This document shows, piece after piece, positions 5,654 through 15,960 of a stretch of DNA of 34,455 bases. Both the position numbers and the translations under genes were made by a program. The first letter of the stretch is position 1. Each line of letters starts with the position of its first letter. The DNA comes from a virus. Lineage: Duplodnaviria > Caudoviricetes. The notes below the pieces were generated by a model that saw only the letters and a program-made list of their open reading frames with translations, did not search any database and had not been told where the DNA came from. The DNA lies in the IMG/VR virus record IMGVR_UViG_3300012667_000182, positions 1 through 34,455 of that record; one strand, written 5' to 3'.

Positions 5654-6068
5654 TTTTAATCTCCGTTTCTATGACTTTTTCTTTAGACTTCATATCAATA
5701 ATCTTTTCTAGTGTGCGTCCACCAAAGTAAAAGCTCATTATCAACATTCCCCATTGACCAAGCAACTCGACATACGCTTTGTTGGTTTCCATGTCAAAAG
5801 CAGACATCATCGCAAACGTAAAGTATCCCGCTAGAATCGCTATAAGGGTCATAGGACGAATATTTTTAGATAACCAAGAGTCAGACTTCATATCGTTTTC
5901 TTGACGCTTGGTAAGCTCTACCTGCTCTTGCATATCAGCATTAAGTTGTGCAAGTTGACCTGATTGCTGAAGTTCCAATAGCTTTAGCTTGGCCTGTTCT
6001 GCTGCACCCGCATCTGGAAAGATTTTGTCAATAATCTTTGAACCAATATTTAAGATGTCAAGAATCAT
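5643..6068 (-). CDS. Holin-like protein (GTA-type 3TM holin family)
   Basis: KIIDKIFPD, D..SDSWL.KNIRP, two hydrophobic segments, FYFGGRT.EK; directly upstream of the endolysin. Confidence 0.75.
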   Translation of the reverse strand: MILDILNIGSKIIDKIFPDAGAAEQAKLKLLELQQSGQLAQLNADMQEQVELTKRQENDMKSDSWLSKNIRPMTLIAILAGYFTFAMMSAFDMETNKAYVELLGQWGMLIMSFYFGGRTLEKIIDMKSKEKVIETEIKNAK

Positions 6069-6076
6069 AATATTTC

Positions 6077-6685
6077 CTATTGATTGGATAGCATTCGTGC
6101 AGCAATTGTGAGCATAGCTTTGCTTTTATCTAAATCGGTTGGTGCTTCTTTGTACATCACAGTAATTTGCCCGATAAAAGAAGTGTAGTCAGGCGGTACG
6201 CTTGACCTGCAACCAAATGTTGAACCTTGCTCTAAGTACCAAATACCTAGCTCAGATTGTGGCGTAGAGTAAAAACCGCATGGGGTTTGTCCAGCCATTA
6301 GGTCTACAACGTCTGCATTGTTTGTATGGTTAGATGTAAACAATCCTACATTTTGTCCTTCTAATCCCCTTGCTCTTTTTCCGTCACGGTTTTCAGCACG
6401 AACAATGATGCGCTTATTAAAAATAGTATCCACCGACATAATAGCTACAGCTACTACGTTGGTGTCTTTTATTAAAATAGAAATGGCATCATCAAACTTT
6501 GCGCTATTAAGCTTTGGCAACGCTGTAGATTTTTCGTACACGCCAAGTAGAAATGTCTTGTTGTCGTACACGAAATAGCCTACATAGCCGAGTACGGAAA
6601 GCAGCACAACTACAAAAAGCTTAAAAGGTGAATTTATATAGCCAAGTACGCTCATTAGCGTATCTTTAGCTTTATCCTCGTTCAC
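6077..6685 (-). CDS. Single-TM membrane protein resembling T4 holin T
   Basis: One N-terminal TM helix (about aa 22-41) and a large soluble C-terminal domain with 2 Cys ending IGQITVMY...AARML; located in the lysis module. Confidence 0.5.
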   Translation of the reverse strand: MNEDKAKDTLMSVLGYINSPFKLFVVVLLSVLGYVGYFVYDNKTFLLGVYEKSTALPKLNSAKFDDAISILIKDTNVVAVAIMSVDTIFNKRIIVRAENRDGKRARGLEGQNVGLFTSNHTNNADVVDLMAGQTPCGFYSTPQSELGIWYLEQGSTFGCRSSVPPDYTSFIGQITVMYKEAPTDLDKSKAMLTIAARMLSNQ

Positions 6686-6936
6686 TTATCCACCTTGTTA
6701 TCAAGCTTTTCGTACAGCTTATCTAAAAGCATCTCAATACGGTCAAACCGTTTATCCATGTCAGCACGAAATCCCTCAACTTCACTTTTTTTTACATACT
6801 TGTCAGATACGTGCAAACGCATATCAGACATTTCTTTGCGAAGTTCTTTAACGGAATCCCATAGCTGACGGGCAAACCATCCACCCATAGTCAATATACC
6901 ACCCGCACCAATGTTAATGATGATTTGCCAATCCAT
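6682..6936 (-). CDS. Small TM plus coiled-coil protein (lysis module)
   Basis: N-terminal hydrophobic helix followed by a heptad-rich charged region. Confidence 0.7.
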   Translation of the reverse strand: MDWQIIINIGAGGILTMGGWFARQLWDSVKELRKEMSDMRLHVSDKYVKKSEVEGFRADMDKRFDRIEMLLDKLYEKLDNKVDK

Positions 6937-6947
6937 ACTAACCTCAA

Positions 6948-8129
6948 TTATGGTTTAGAAGCCGCAAGCTGCGCTTTGATTTCTTCAAGCTGGTTAGTTA
7001 GATTTTGTATTGAGACTTGCTGACCTTTGGCTATAAACAAACTTAACTGGTCAGGACGCAAACTATAAACATCTCCTTTTTCTTGAGTCTTTTCACCATC
7101 TTCATTTACTATGTCGTCCCACTCATCAAAGCAAACAAGTCCATAAGCAAAAGGATCAAGAGAGTGCTTTTTCATAACCTCAATGACACGCTGGACGGTC
7201 ATACCGATATGTAATCGAGCAGCATCACCTTTTTTCTCAACGGCTTCTAACCACTGGAACGCACCAATCTCTGAGGCAAGCTCTTGCGCCGCTGCAATTT
7301 CTAATTCGTTAAGTGAGCGTACGGGAGATTTATGTCTTGCATCAGATGTGTTAATTGTTCCTGTAGTTGCATAAACAATTGTCCAACGCTTTGATGCACT
7401 ACCACACGAGGTGTAGTTATCTGTTTTAGGGTACATACTAAAACCAAAGGTCGTAGTACCGATGTCAGCATACCCAATTTCCACAATCCCGGTTGATTGA
7501 GACATACTAAGCATATTGGAAGTAACCGCTAAAGCATCGGGTGTTGGTGTGTATAACGACCTAGCAAAAACAAAATTACCACCACCGCTGTAAAAATATC
7601 CCCCAGCCGATGAGCCTGTAAATCTATAATTGCCATCAGTACCGAGGTATAGATTGCTAAAGGTGTACAGAACAGGCAAATTGCCTTGCACAATCGAATG
7701 ATTATTTGGAAACTGTAGAACCGTTGCTCCTGCCACCCAATCCGTTCTTGGCACAACGCCAACGCCAATTCTTCCGCTTGCGTCTTTGTATAGTTGATTT
7801 GTTCCTAAATTAACAACGCCAGTTCCGCCTGTCAGAGTTCCTGTGTAGCCAAGATTACCGACTGTTAGATCATAACCACCAGCAGATAATTGCCCAAAAT
7901 TTACAGCATCACCAGGATTTGTTCCAGCGCCAAGTCCGGTGATTTTAAATCCACCAAGAGGTATGTTAGAAGTGGGAGTTGTTTGACCGTCTTTAGTAAG
8001 AGCAGTGGTCAAACCGTTAGCTAAGTCAAGCGTCAACGCATTGAATGCGGTTGAGCTAATAGTGGAGCCTGGAGTGACTGGCTGACCCGCTGTATTGATG
8101 ATAAAAACACCGCTTCCGTTGTAAGACAT
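6948..8129 (-). CDS. Tail fibre/spike with C-terminal intramolecular chaperone (peptidase S74)
   Basis: N-terminal virion anchor, G/T-rich body, TSDARHK cleavage motif and a C-terminal coiled coil. Confidence 0.85.
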   Translation of the reverse strand: MSYNGSGVFIINTAGQPVTPGSTISSTAFNALTLDLANGLTTALTKDGQTTPTSNIPLGGFKITGLGAGTNPGDAVNFGQLSAGGYDLTVGNLGYTGTLTGGTGVVNLGTNQLYKDASGRIGVGVVPRTDWVAGATVLQFPNNHSIVQGNLPVLYTFSNLYLGTDGNYRFTGSSAGGYFYSGGGNFVFARSLYTPTPDALAVTSNMLSMSQSTGIVEIGYADIGTTTFGFSMYPKTDNYTSCGSASKRWTIVYATTGTINTSDARHKSPVRSLNELEIAAAQELASEIGAFQWLEAVEKKGDAARLHIGMTVQRVIEVMKKHSLDPFAYGLVCFDEWDDIVNEDGEKTQEKGDVYSLRPDQLSLFIAKGQQVSIQNLTNQLEEIKAQLAASKP

Positions 8130-8131
8130 AA

Positions 8132-10951
8132 TTACCTCTGTTCTTCGGTTTGATTTAATCTTTGACCAATCTGCTGCATCAATTGTGGGTTTTGCAACAA
8201 ACTACCGTAAAGGACTGCTGGGCTTACTGTATCGCCTAAAGGTATGCCTGGCACTCTATTTTGTAATGCCTCCGCTATCTTTAAAGCGTCTTTTTGTGCT
8301 GAAGCGCTTGTAACATTACGCAATGCTTTACTTCCAACTGATTTTGCAACAGGCACAGCCAAACTAGCACCAATTCCAATTGGGGAAAGACCAGTTAAAG
8401 TAGCAATGCCATCAATCATAGAGCCAATAACTAAAGCACCAGAATTGCTATTGTTTACAGCCGTTCCAACTGGCTGATTGGTCATATAAGTGCCAACTCG
8501 ACCGATTCTTTTTAATTCGTCTAATTCTTGTTTGTTAAAAAACAATTCTAACTTTTTATCGCCAATATCTGCTAATGCTTTATTAAACGTTCTTGCGCCA
8601 AATTTTCCAACTTCATCTGTTTGTCCTACGCCAAGAGCTTTTTCTTTTAAATGCGACAAAATTGCGTTTTTAGTTGCTGTTGGATTCCCTGCACTTGCTA
8701 CCGCAGCAGCATCCGCAACCGTACCGCTTAATACAAACTTTTTAACAAAGTTATCAGGTTGCATTCCGTTAATGGTAGCTTCAATCGGATTTGATGATTG
8801 CTGCCAATCCATACGAGCTTTGTGTGATGATCTTGCTTGATTAAGCGCATCAAGTAGTTGCTGTGATTCAACGTCCTTACCTTGCAAGTACTTTGCACCA
8901 GATTCAGTTACAAGCTGATTGCCGCCAAATTCTTTTTTAATTGGCTTAATTTCAGTTTCATCAATAGCTTGACGAACTAAACTTAACGCTTGCTTAACGT
9001 TTCCATCTGATGTGCTGCGCTGCGCCTTTGCTATTGTGGTCATTAAGTTGTCTATAGCCATAGTATCAAATGGCACAGGGTAAACTTGCCCGTTAATAGT
9101 GGTTTCGCCTTTGCTGATCGTGTTAAGCATCGTCTTAATTTCTTCTGGCAAAAACGCTGCTTTATTGTTTTTAGCTAAAAGAGTATCAATATTTTGCATC
9201 AAATCAGCACGATTTAACGGCACATTGCCGCCTGGCATATCTTGCGCTTGTTTGTATAAAGCAGACGTTTCGGTTTGCTTGGCTAAGTCTTTAGCTGCTA
9301 TGTTTGCAATGTTTGCTTCCCCAGCCTCAAAAGTGCCAACTTTGCCTGCGCCTGCTTTGTTCAATGCTTGTATCAAGGCTTGATTGTTTGCATTTTGTAC
9401 ATTGCCCAAAGTTTGCAAATCAGGGTTTGTAGAATTCATACCAGTTTTGGCTAAATTCATTTCTTGCGTAATTTGTCTTGGGTCTTGCGTAATCATGCCT
9501 TTTGTTGGCGTAGCACCTTGAACCATTCTAAAATCAAGCAACCTACGCAAAGCATCGCCGCTTAGTTCACCGCCCGTTTGGATTGCGCTTGCTACGTCAT
9601 TTCTTAATGTCCTTTGAATTTGATCATCAAGAGATTTAAAATCTACGCCTGACTTACTAAGCGTTAAAGTAATCATTTGATCAACTTGCGCTGGACTAGC
9701 AGCAGGCGTTAACTTTTGTATTGCAGCGGTAGTTGCTGATTTTCCACCCGCACCAATCATAGGTGCAGCAAGACCGCCCAAAATGCTTGCACCAAGCTCA
9801 AATCCAGGCCCTGCGTTGTACTCCCTAGCAATGCTGCCGCCTGCTCCTGCGCCTGCGCCAGACAAGGTTTGCAAAACAGGATTTGCAGCCAATTGATTTA
9901 GCACGTTAGCACTTGTTGCGCTTGTTGCAACAGGGGCTAATTTACTCGCTGCGCCAGCGCCACCAGCAGCACCCGCCATTGTTTTAGCTACGTCAAATCC
10001 AACACGCTCAAGGTTAACGCCTTGATCCATTACTGAGCTTTCAGCAGGTTTTGGCAAACGCAATAAGTCTGCAAGTTTTGATGATAACTGCTCTGCCGAT
10101 GCGACTTTCGGGCCACCTAAAGACGTAGAAACAGACTCAAGAGCCATTCTTGTTGGTTCTAAAGGCATTCCAACCAAAGAGCCAACACCTTCAATACCTG
10201 CTCTAGCAGTTAAGCCTACAGGACGCAACAATTGATTCATGCTAAATGGCTGATTTTGTTGCGGCGCAGCGCTTACAGGTGCAACCGTACTCTCCACGGG
10301 TCTTAATGCAAACTCTGCGTTTAGCTCATCAAACGGGTTTTTTATTGGTTGCTGCTGCTGAACGGGCGCACCAATTCTAAATTCTTCATTTAATGCGGCA
10401 AAAGGGTTTGCTTTTTGATTAGGCATGATGGGGTTCGCATCAGAGGTTGCTGGCGCACTAGCCAACAGGTTGTTGGGGTTGTTGAGCTTACCCATTACAA
10501 ACGCTTCAGATTGCCTAGGCTGCGGATACGGACTAGAGGGAAGGCTAGCCCAGATAGGGCCAGACTTCTTTACAGCGGTGTCCCAATTGCCTTGCAAAAC
10601 GTCAGGAAGAATTCCACGCTCACGCAATAGATTGACCGCTGCTAAGTCTTGACTGCGCTCACCAAAGTCAGGCAAACCTAGCTTTTTAGCTTGCTCATCC
10701 CAAGTATTAGACAAAAATTGATAGCGACCTGCTGCGCTAGTTTTGTTTGGTCTACCAGTTGTTTCCGTAAAGTCAAACAATTGCCTAGGATGGTCTGCTA
10801 ATGAATCTACTCGTCCGCCACCAAACAAAGTGTTATACCCGTGTTTAGTAGTCCCTTCTGCTGCTGCAATCATGTCTAAAAAGCTACGGACATTTGGATT
10901 GTCTATAACTGGCAACAAATTAGCAACAGCAGGATTGACGGGATTTTCCAT
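8132..10951 (-). CDS. Large ejection/internal virion protein with an N-terminal lambda-R-type lytic transglycosylase domain
   Basis: FLDMIAAAEGT, YNTLFGG, HPR, SAAGRYQF, SQDLAA and WASLP motifs in about aa 20-150; A/G/Q-rich helical body. Confidence 0.8.
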   Translation of the reverse strand: MENPVNPAVANLLPVIDNPNVRSFLDMIAAAEGTTKHGYNTLFGGGRVDSLADHPRQLFDFTETTGRPNKTSAAGRYQFLSNTWDEQAKKLGLPDFGERSQDLAAVNLLRERGILPDVLQGNWDTAVKKSGPIWASLPSSPYPQPRQSEAFVMGKLNNPNNLLASAPATSDANPIMPNQKANPFAALNEEFRIGAPVQQQQPIKNPFDELNAEFALRPVESTVAPVSAAPQQNQPFSMNQLLRPVGLTARAGIEGVGSLVGMPLEPTRMALESVSTSLGGPKVASAEQLSSKLADLLRLPKPAESSVMDQGVNLERVGFDVAKTMAGAAGGAGAASKLAPVATSATSANVLNQLAANPVLQTLSGAGAGAGGSIAREYNAGPGFELGASILGGLAAPMIGAGGKSATTAAIQKLTPAASPAQVDQMITLTLSKSGVDFKSLDDQIQRTLRNDVASAIQTGGELSGDALRRLLDFRMVQGATPTKGMITQDPRQITQEMNLAKTGMNSTNPDLQTLGNVQNANNQALIQALNKAGAGKVGTFEAGEANIANIAAKDLAKQTETSALYKQAQDMPGGNVPLNRADLMQNIDTLLAKNNKAAFLPEEIKTMLNTISKGETTINGQVYPVPFDTMAIDNLMTTIAKAQRSTSDGNVKQALSLVRQAIDETEIKPIKKEFGGNQLVTESGAKYLQGKDVESQQLLDALNQARSSHKARMDWQQSSNPIEATINGMQPDNFVKKFVLSGTVADAAAVASAGNPTATKNAILSHLKEKALGVGQTDEVGKFGARTFNKALADIGDKKLELFFNKQELDELKRIGRVGTYMTNQPVGTAVNNSNSGALVIGSMIDGIATLTGLSPIGIGASLAVPVAKSVGSKALRNVTSASAQKDALKIAEALQNRVPGIPLGDTVSPAVLYGSLLQNPQLMQQIGQRLNQTEEQR

Positions 10952-12468
10952 TATTTAATACCGTATTTTTGAGCCAATGTGTAAGTTGTGCCATCTTTGC
11001 CCTGAATTGGCAAATCAAACATTGAGCCAGAAACCTTGCCCCATTCGTTTGTAATGGCAGACAAATTACTACGCAATTCAGGAATTGATGCCGCTTTCTG
11101 ATAGTAACCAGATTTGCGTTGATCTTGCATAGCTTTTGCTTCAATAACGTCAAGCAAAAATTGATTTGCTTGGGGCGTATTTTTAAGGCTTGCGTACGTT
11201 TTCTGCAGATTGCTAAAGTCTTTGTCGGTTTGTGGCCCTTTCTGTTTTGCTAGGGTATCAACAAGACCTTCATAAACTTTTGATTCAAATACTTGAGCGT
11301 TTGTTGCGAATTTCGCTGCGTCCTTGACGCCAAACGAAGCAAGTACGTTTGCAGCGTTCTTTTGCGCCTCTGTGCCAAATCCGGTTGTCAAATCAATGCT
11401 CTTTAATACTCGGATGTTATCAATCGCACTTTTTGCAGCTTCACCAGCAGCAATAGCAGGTTCAAATTGACCCGTAATCCATTGGTTATTTAGTTGCTCG
11501 CCAGCTTTTACAACAACGGGGTTTTCAGCAGTAATAACAGGTTGACCACCTTGCTGACCGCCCATGCCTTGAGTCGGAAGACCCATATTTGCTGCTTGCG
11601 TAGTTGCTTCAGTTCTTCCTGTATCTGGGTTATATCGTGTATCTGGTCGTGTTTGAGCTTGACCTAAGCCTGTTCCGTATGCTTGTGCTTGATTTACAGC
11701 GCCTGTTGCTTGCGTAAAGCCTGGCTGTAAATAAGTTTGCAATGTGCGAGGGTCTGTAACCATGCCGTCTTTGGGAGCATAAAAGCTAGGTGCTGTTTGA
11801 CCTGCTTGCAAAACGCCTGCGCCTGGAGCAACCGTTGTTGGCGCAATGTAATTTTGTTTAAATAAATTGCTTTGCATCAACGCCTGATATTGCGGCGAAT
11901 TCGGTGCATACCCTGAAGCAGCAGCAATTTTTTGCACTTCCGTTGGGCTGCTATGCGTTCCAAGAGCTGTTGCATACGCTTGTGGGTTAATCATGTATTG
12001 CATCATTGCAGTACGTCTGTCCATTCCCGCAGGAATAGGCATTGCTGACGCTTGACCTGTTTGTACGCCTTCCATGCGCTGTGCATTTGTGTTTGTCGGG
12101 CCAACATCGCCTTGCATTGCGCCACCAGCTAAAGACATATCTCTCGCTTGTGGCTGCGTTGTTCCCCCACCAAGACCAAACATATTTTGAACTTGCTGTT
12201 GTTGTGCAGCAGCAAGAGCTGATTGCTTTTCTGGCACCAAGTCTGATGCTCTGCGACCAATATATGCTTTAAGCAATTGCGCTAAACCCTGCACAGGGCT
12301 TGGCGGCACATAGTGACCAGAAACCATTTGACCTTGAGGCTGTTCTTGCAACGCTTGCTGCATCAAAATGTCAGCATATCGCTGATTCTGCGCTAGTTCA
12401 TATTGTTGCTTAGTTACGTCTGGCCCCATCATCGTAGCCATTGGGTTCATGCTTGCAGCTTGTGCCAT
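10951..12468 (-). CDS. Putative ejection (DNA transfer) protein
   Basis: 505 aa, Q/A/G/M-rich, positioned between two ejection-type genes. Confidence 0.65.
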   Translation of the reverse strand: MAQAASMNPMATMMGPDVTKQQYELAQNQRYADILMQQALQEQPQGQMVSGHYVPPSPVQGLAQLLKAYIGRRASDLVPEKQSALAAAQQQQVQNMFGLGGGTTQPQARDMSLAGGAMQGDVGPTNTNAQRMEGVQTGQASAMPIPAGMDRRTAMMQYMINPQAYATALGTHSSPTEVQKIAAASGYAPNSPQYQALMQSNLFKQNYIAPTTVAPGAGVLQAGQTAPSFYAPKDGMVTDPRTLQTYLQPGFTQATGAVNQAQAYGTGLGQAQTRPDTRYNPDTGRTEATTQAANMGLPTQGMGGQQGGQPVITAENPVVVKAGEQLNNQWITGQFEPAIAAGEAAKSAIDNIRVLKSIDLTTGFGTEAQKNAANVLASFGVKDAAKFATNAQVFESKVYEGLVDTLAKQKGPQTDKDFSNLQKTYASLKNTPQANQFLLDVIEAKAMQDQRKSGYYQKAASIPELRSNLSAITNEWGKVSGSMFDLPIQGKDGTTYTLAQKYGIK

Positions 12469-12469
12469 G

Positions 12470-14023
12470 TTAAATCATCCCGTAATTCACGGTTTTGTAG
12501 CCGTGTGATTCACCAACCGCTTCTGGAATCAGTTTTTCAACTTCATCAGCCATGTAACCAAGTTGTGTTGGCCCACCCCAAACGTAGTTGTAAGAGTAAA
12601 CATTCAATCCATTGTCTGCTGTGCCAATTTGCTTGATATTTGTTTTTAATCTGCGGTCTGAGAACGTTCCTGTAGGAGCCATCAAAGCAGCACCACCCAA
12701 CTGGAACAACCCTTGTGTCAATTGCGAATTAGCAGCGTTTTGAGCGTTTGCAGCACCTAATTGAGCGTTATATCCAGCTTGTGTAGCAGCAAATGTCGGA
12801 GCTGGTGCAACCTGAGAAGGCGTATACCCCGTGAACTGAGGAAGTTGTATCTGCGAACCACTCATTAATGCAGTAATTTCATTGAGAGGCTGCGACCGCA
12901 ATGTTAAATCTTGTGCAAGCTGCTGTTGTTGCGCTTGATTGCCAAACTGCGCTCTCTGCAAACCTTGCGAGAAATCTTGTCCTAACGCTGCGTTGTACAA
13001 ACCTGCACGATTAAAATCTGTTTGATAGTCTTGACCTAGTGCTTGGTTGTAAAGTCCAGCACGATTTAGTTGTGCTTGATTTTCAAATCCGCCAATACCT
13101 AACGCTTCGTTAAGTTGCTGCTGACGTGCAGACATATCCAAATTGATGCCTTGCAAAGCAGCTTGATTGTACAAATCATTTTTGCTCATTTCACGGTTGC
13201 GGAAAGCTGTGTTGTACGCTTCCGTCCCCGGCGCTAGACCTTGGTTAGCTAAGGTTTGTGCAAATGATTTATCGCCAGACTCAATCGTAGGATTTAACCG
13301 CTGCAAGATAAGGTCTTGTGCAGTAGTTCCTGCATTAAGAGGCATATTAGAAAATTTAGATGTGTCAATTTTTGTCGTTAATGGAACTTCGCCCATTGCT
13401 CGACCATAATCTGAAACGGTGTTTTGCGCTCGTCCATAATCAGCAAAATCTTTGTTGATCTGCGTTGATGTTGGCGCAAATGGTGTAGAAAGTATTTGAT
13501 TAGCGTTGCTAATGCCTGTTTCACCTAGACCTGCTAAAGCTAACTGTACTCGCTGTTGAGCTTCTAATGTTTTTTGCGCTTCTGGTGTTAATGTTTGTGT
13601 AATTGTTGGGGTATCTGCATTTTCAATTGTGGTAAACATTTCTTTAGTTGGAGTTTTTCCAACTTTACCTAATGCTTCGTCATACGCTTGTTGGTCAAAC
13701 GTAGTGCCGCCAACTTCGTTGTAATAACCAGAATCTCCAGTATTTATCCATTCACTTTGTGTTGGTGTAGATTTTGTAAATGCTGCTCTATCAGGACTAG
13801 CGTAAGTGCCAGTTTTATTTTGATAATCTTGCAAAGCTTTGTTGTAGCTTTCTTCGTCAAACTTTGAAGTCCCATAGGTAACCGTTTGATTGCCAAATGG
13901 AGTCACCATGTTAGGGTTGCTCAATCTTGACGAAACTCTAGCAGCTTCAAGGTTTTGAACGCCTTGTTCTTTAGCTGCCGCTGTGTAGTCTGGTACTTTT
14001 GGCGTTGAAACTGTCTTACCCAT
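12470..14023 (-). CDS. Putative ejection/pilot protein with C-terminal S74-like domain
   Basis: MGK...P.VPDYTAAA start, Q/A-rich body, then LGGAAL..FSDRRLKTNI...GYMADEV...P.AV...VNY. Confidence 0.7.
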   Translation of the reverse strand: MGKTVSTPKVPDYTAAAKEQGVQNLEAARVSSRLSNPNMVTPFGNQTVTYGTSKFDEESYNKALQDYQNKTGTYASPDRAAFTKSTPTQSEWINTGDSGYYNEVGGTTFDQQAYDEALGKVGKTPTKEMFTTIENADTPTITQTLTPEAQKTLEAQQRVQLALAGLGETGISNANQILSTPFAPTSTQINKDFADYGRAQNTVSDYGRAMGEVPLTTKIDTSKFSNMPLNAGTTAQDLILQRLNPTIESGDKSFAQTLANQGLAPGTEAYNTAFRNREMSKNDLYNQAALQGINLDMSARQQQLNEALGIGGFENQAQLNRAGLYNQALGQDYQTDFNRAGLYNAALGQDFSQGLQRAQFGNQAQQQQLAQDLTLRSQPLNEITALMSGSQIQLPQFTGYTPSQVAPAPTFAATQAGYNAQLGAANAQNAANSQLTQGLFQLGGAALMAPTGTFSDRRLKTNIKQIGTADNGLNVYSYNYVWGGPTQLGYMADEVEKLIPEAVGESHGYKTVNYGMI

Positions 14024-14429
14024 AGCGAACCCCTAAGAATCGGCAATCATTTTTTGCCAATGTCATAAATATAATGTCACCGTCTGGTGATCCGTCTTTT
14101 ATTCGTGCTTCTTCAGCAAAACCCATGTTCTGTACTAATTTTATGCTTTTTTGGTTATTTTCGGATACAGGAACAACAATTTTTTCAACATTAAGCACCT
14201 TAAATGGGTAGTCAAAAATTGCTTTTAAATACGATTTGGTTAGTCTGCCATTTATTGCAATATGACAAAAAACCGTTCGTTTGTTCCAGTTTTCGTAAAT
14301 AACACCCGCAATTGTTTTAGCGTCCTTCTGTAAACCTATGGCGCTAGACTGTTCTGCAAAGTAAGCGCCGTTAATTTGTGTAGCGACCCAATTGCCAATC
14401 TCTGCGCCTTGTACTATATGCCAGCCCAA
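14016..14429 (-). CDS. GNAT-fold protein of the podovirus virion morphogenesis module
   Basis: AIFDYPF..L.VEKI...V.E.N.KS..LV..MGF.EE pattern; start either TTG 14429 or 14462. Confidence 0.75.
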   Translation of the reverse strand: MGWHIVQGAEIGNWVATQINGAYFAEQSSAIGLQKDAKTIAGVIYENWNKRTVFCHIAINGRLTKSYLKAIFDYPFKVLNVEKIVVPVSENNQKSIKLVQNMGFAEEARIKDGSPDGDIIFMTLAKNDCRFLGVRYG

Positions 14430-15958
14430 CCTTGTTGGTACACAATGTCCGTTGACGCCCAAAGTAATGTCACCCCTTGTGATGCGGATTTAAATTGTGT
14501 TGATCCGCAATACCCTATCCCTGTAATTCCCTGCCAATTGTTAGACACAATACTTGCAGCACCCCATAACGCTTCATCCCATAAGCCTATGTCCCACAAG
14601 CCTGAGCCTGTAGGTGCAAACGCTGCGGTTGCTGCATTATCTTGTAAGTCAAAGTCTACATTCATACCAATGTAAACCGTTGGGTTGCCGTTAGTGAATA
14701 TGCTGGGTCTAGCTCTTGTGAAGTACTTTTTTACGCCACGGCTTTCAAAGTAGTTAAATGCCTGAAAAGCATTTGTATCAATGTTAGAACCATCGTCAGA
14801 ATACGATTCATCCCAAGCGTGAGCGACATATCCGTTTGCGCCATAGTACGGCTCGTTTTCAAATATTTCCCAACAATTTGCTTTCCAATTTGTAAAATTG
14901 CACCACGCTTTTGTGATGTTATTCATTACATACTGTTGCTGCAAGCCATCCCCAATAGGAATGTTTACGGTCAAAGCGTTATGTTTTGGGTCAAAACACA
15001 TTTGCCAACCAAAATTAGTTCCGTACGCTTGGGAAGCAGCAGCAAATGCGCCTTGTATCTTATCTGACAACGCAACTCTTGGGTCTAACCGTGATGATTG
15101 CAAGCTAGCAGCAAGAGGATAGACCCCGTTATATGTCAAAGCTACGATGTCACCACCATATTTGATTAAACAACGCTTTCCTACTGGCTTACCCGTTCTC
15201 CAGACGCCAATTAACGCCCACTTTGATACATCGGACGGGTCAGTACCTGCGTACACAATGACTTCGCCATTAGACGTAATAAACACCAAGTTATCGTCTA
15301 CGCCGTAACCTGCGTCAATTGTCCATGTTCCAACAGCAACTAGGTATCCACCAAGTTGTGCTACTGAACTCATGTCTATGTAGTTTGCAGCACCCTGTAT
15401 TGACAAGGTAGGCAAATACCACGCTTTTAACGTGTCATTTTGTGTAAACCATACTTGGTTTTTAAACGTTGTAATGTTGCTAAACGTATTGTCATCAACG
15501 CCGGTAATGACTGGATTAGTCCATGTAGAGCCGTTATATAGCAAAGGGTTGTCTACGCCATTGACAGCGTATAGAAAGCCGCCAGCAGGGGTTGTGACGT
15601 TTACATATTCCCATTTGGAATTACTTAACCCCGTCACTACTGGTGCGCCAGCTACGCCTGCTGTTGTGACATCGTATATGCCAGTACCGACAGCGGCAAA
15701 CAACTCATTTGTTGCGCCGGAAGAATAGCTAAATAAAGTGTTGACCTGCCCAGGCAATCCTGTGACGTGCTTTGAGTAACCGGGTCTAAGTATGACGTTG
15801 TTGACCGACGGAAACAAATTGGTAAGCTGAACAGCGTCCAACAAATCCATGTTTGCAATGGAGTCTCTAGCGTTCCAACCACCCACCGGAGAAGGCAAAG
15901 ACGCAACACGAGCTGCGCTTCCCTGAACTAACGAATTAACACCTCTGCGAGTAGCCAT
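14414..15958 (-). CDS. Tail tubular/nozzle (DNA stabilisation) protein
   Basis: 514 aa rich in W/Y beta-strands (propeller-like), LPSPVGGWN start, follows the adaptor gene. Confidence 0.7.
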   Translation of the reverse strand: MATRRGVNSLVQGSAARVASLPSPVGGWNARDSIANMDLLDAVQLTNLFPSVNNVILRPGYSKHVTGLPGQVNTLFSYSSGATNELFAAVGTGIYDVTTAGVAGAPVVTGLSNSKWEYVNVTTPAGGFLYAVNGVDNPLLYNGSTWTNPVITGVDDNTFSNITTFKNQVWFTQNDTLKAWYLPTLSIQGAANYIDMSSVAQLGGYLVAVGTWTIDAGYGVDDNLVFITSNGEVIVYAGTDPSDVSKWALIGVWRTGKPVGKRCLIKYGGDIVALTYNGVYPLAASLQSSRLDPRVALSDKIQGAFAAASQAYGTNFGWQMCFDPKHNALTVNIPIGDGLQQQYVMNNITKAWCNFTNWKANCWEIFENEPYYGANGYVAHAWDESYSDDGSNIDTNAFQAFNYFESRGVKKYFTRARPSIFTNGNPTVYIGMNVDFDLQDNAATAAFAPTGSGLWDIGLWDEALWGAASIVSNNWQGITGIGYCGSTQFKSASQGVTLLWASTDIVYQQGWAGI

Positions 15959-15960
15959 AG

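Noticed and set aside
12975-13066. 54-nt degenerate tandem repeat (NRAGLYN.ALGQD x2)
   Set aside because: In-frame protein repeat with synonymous divergence; ordinary for helical ejection proteins.
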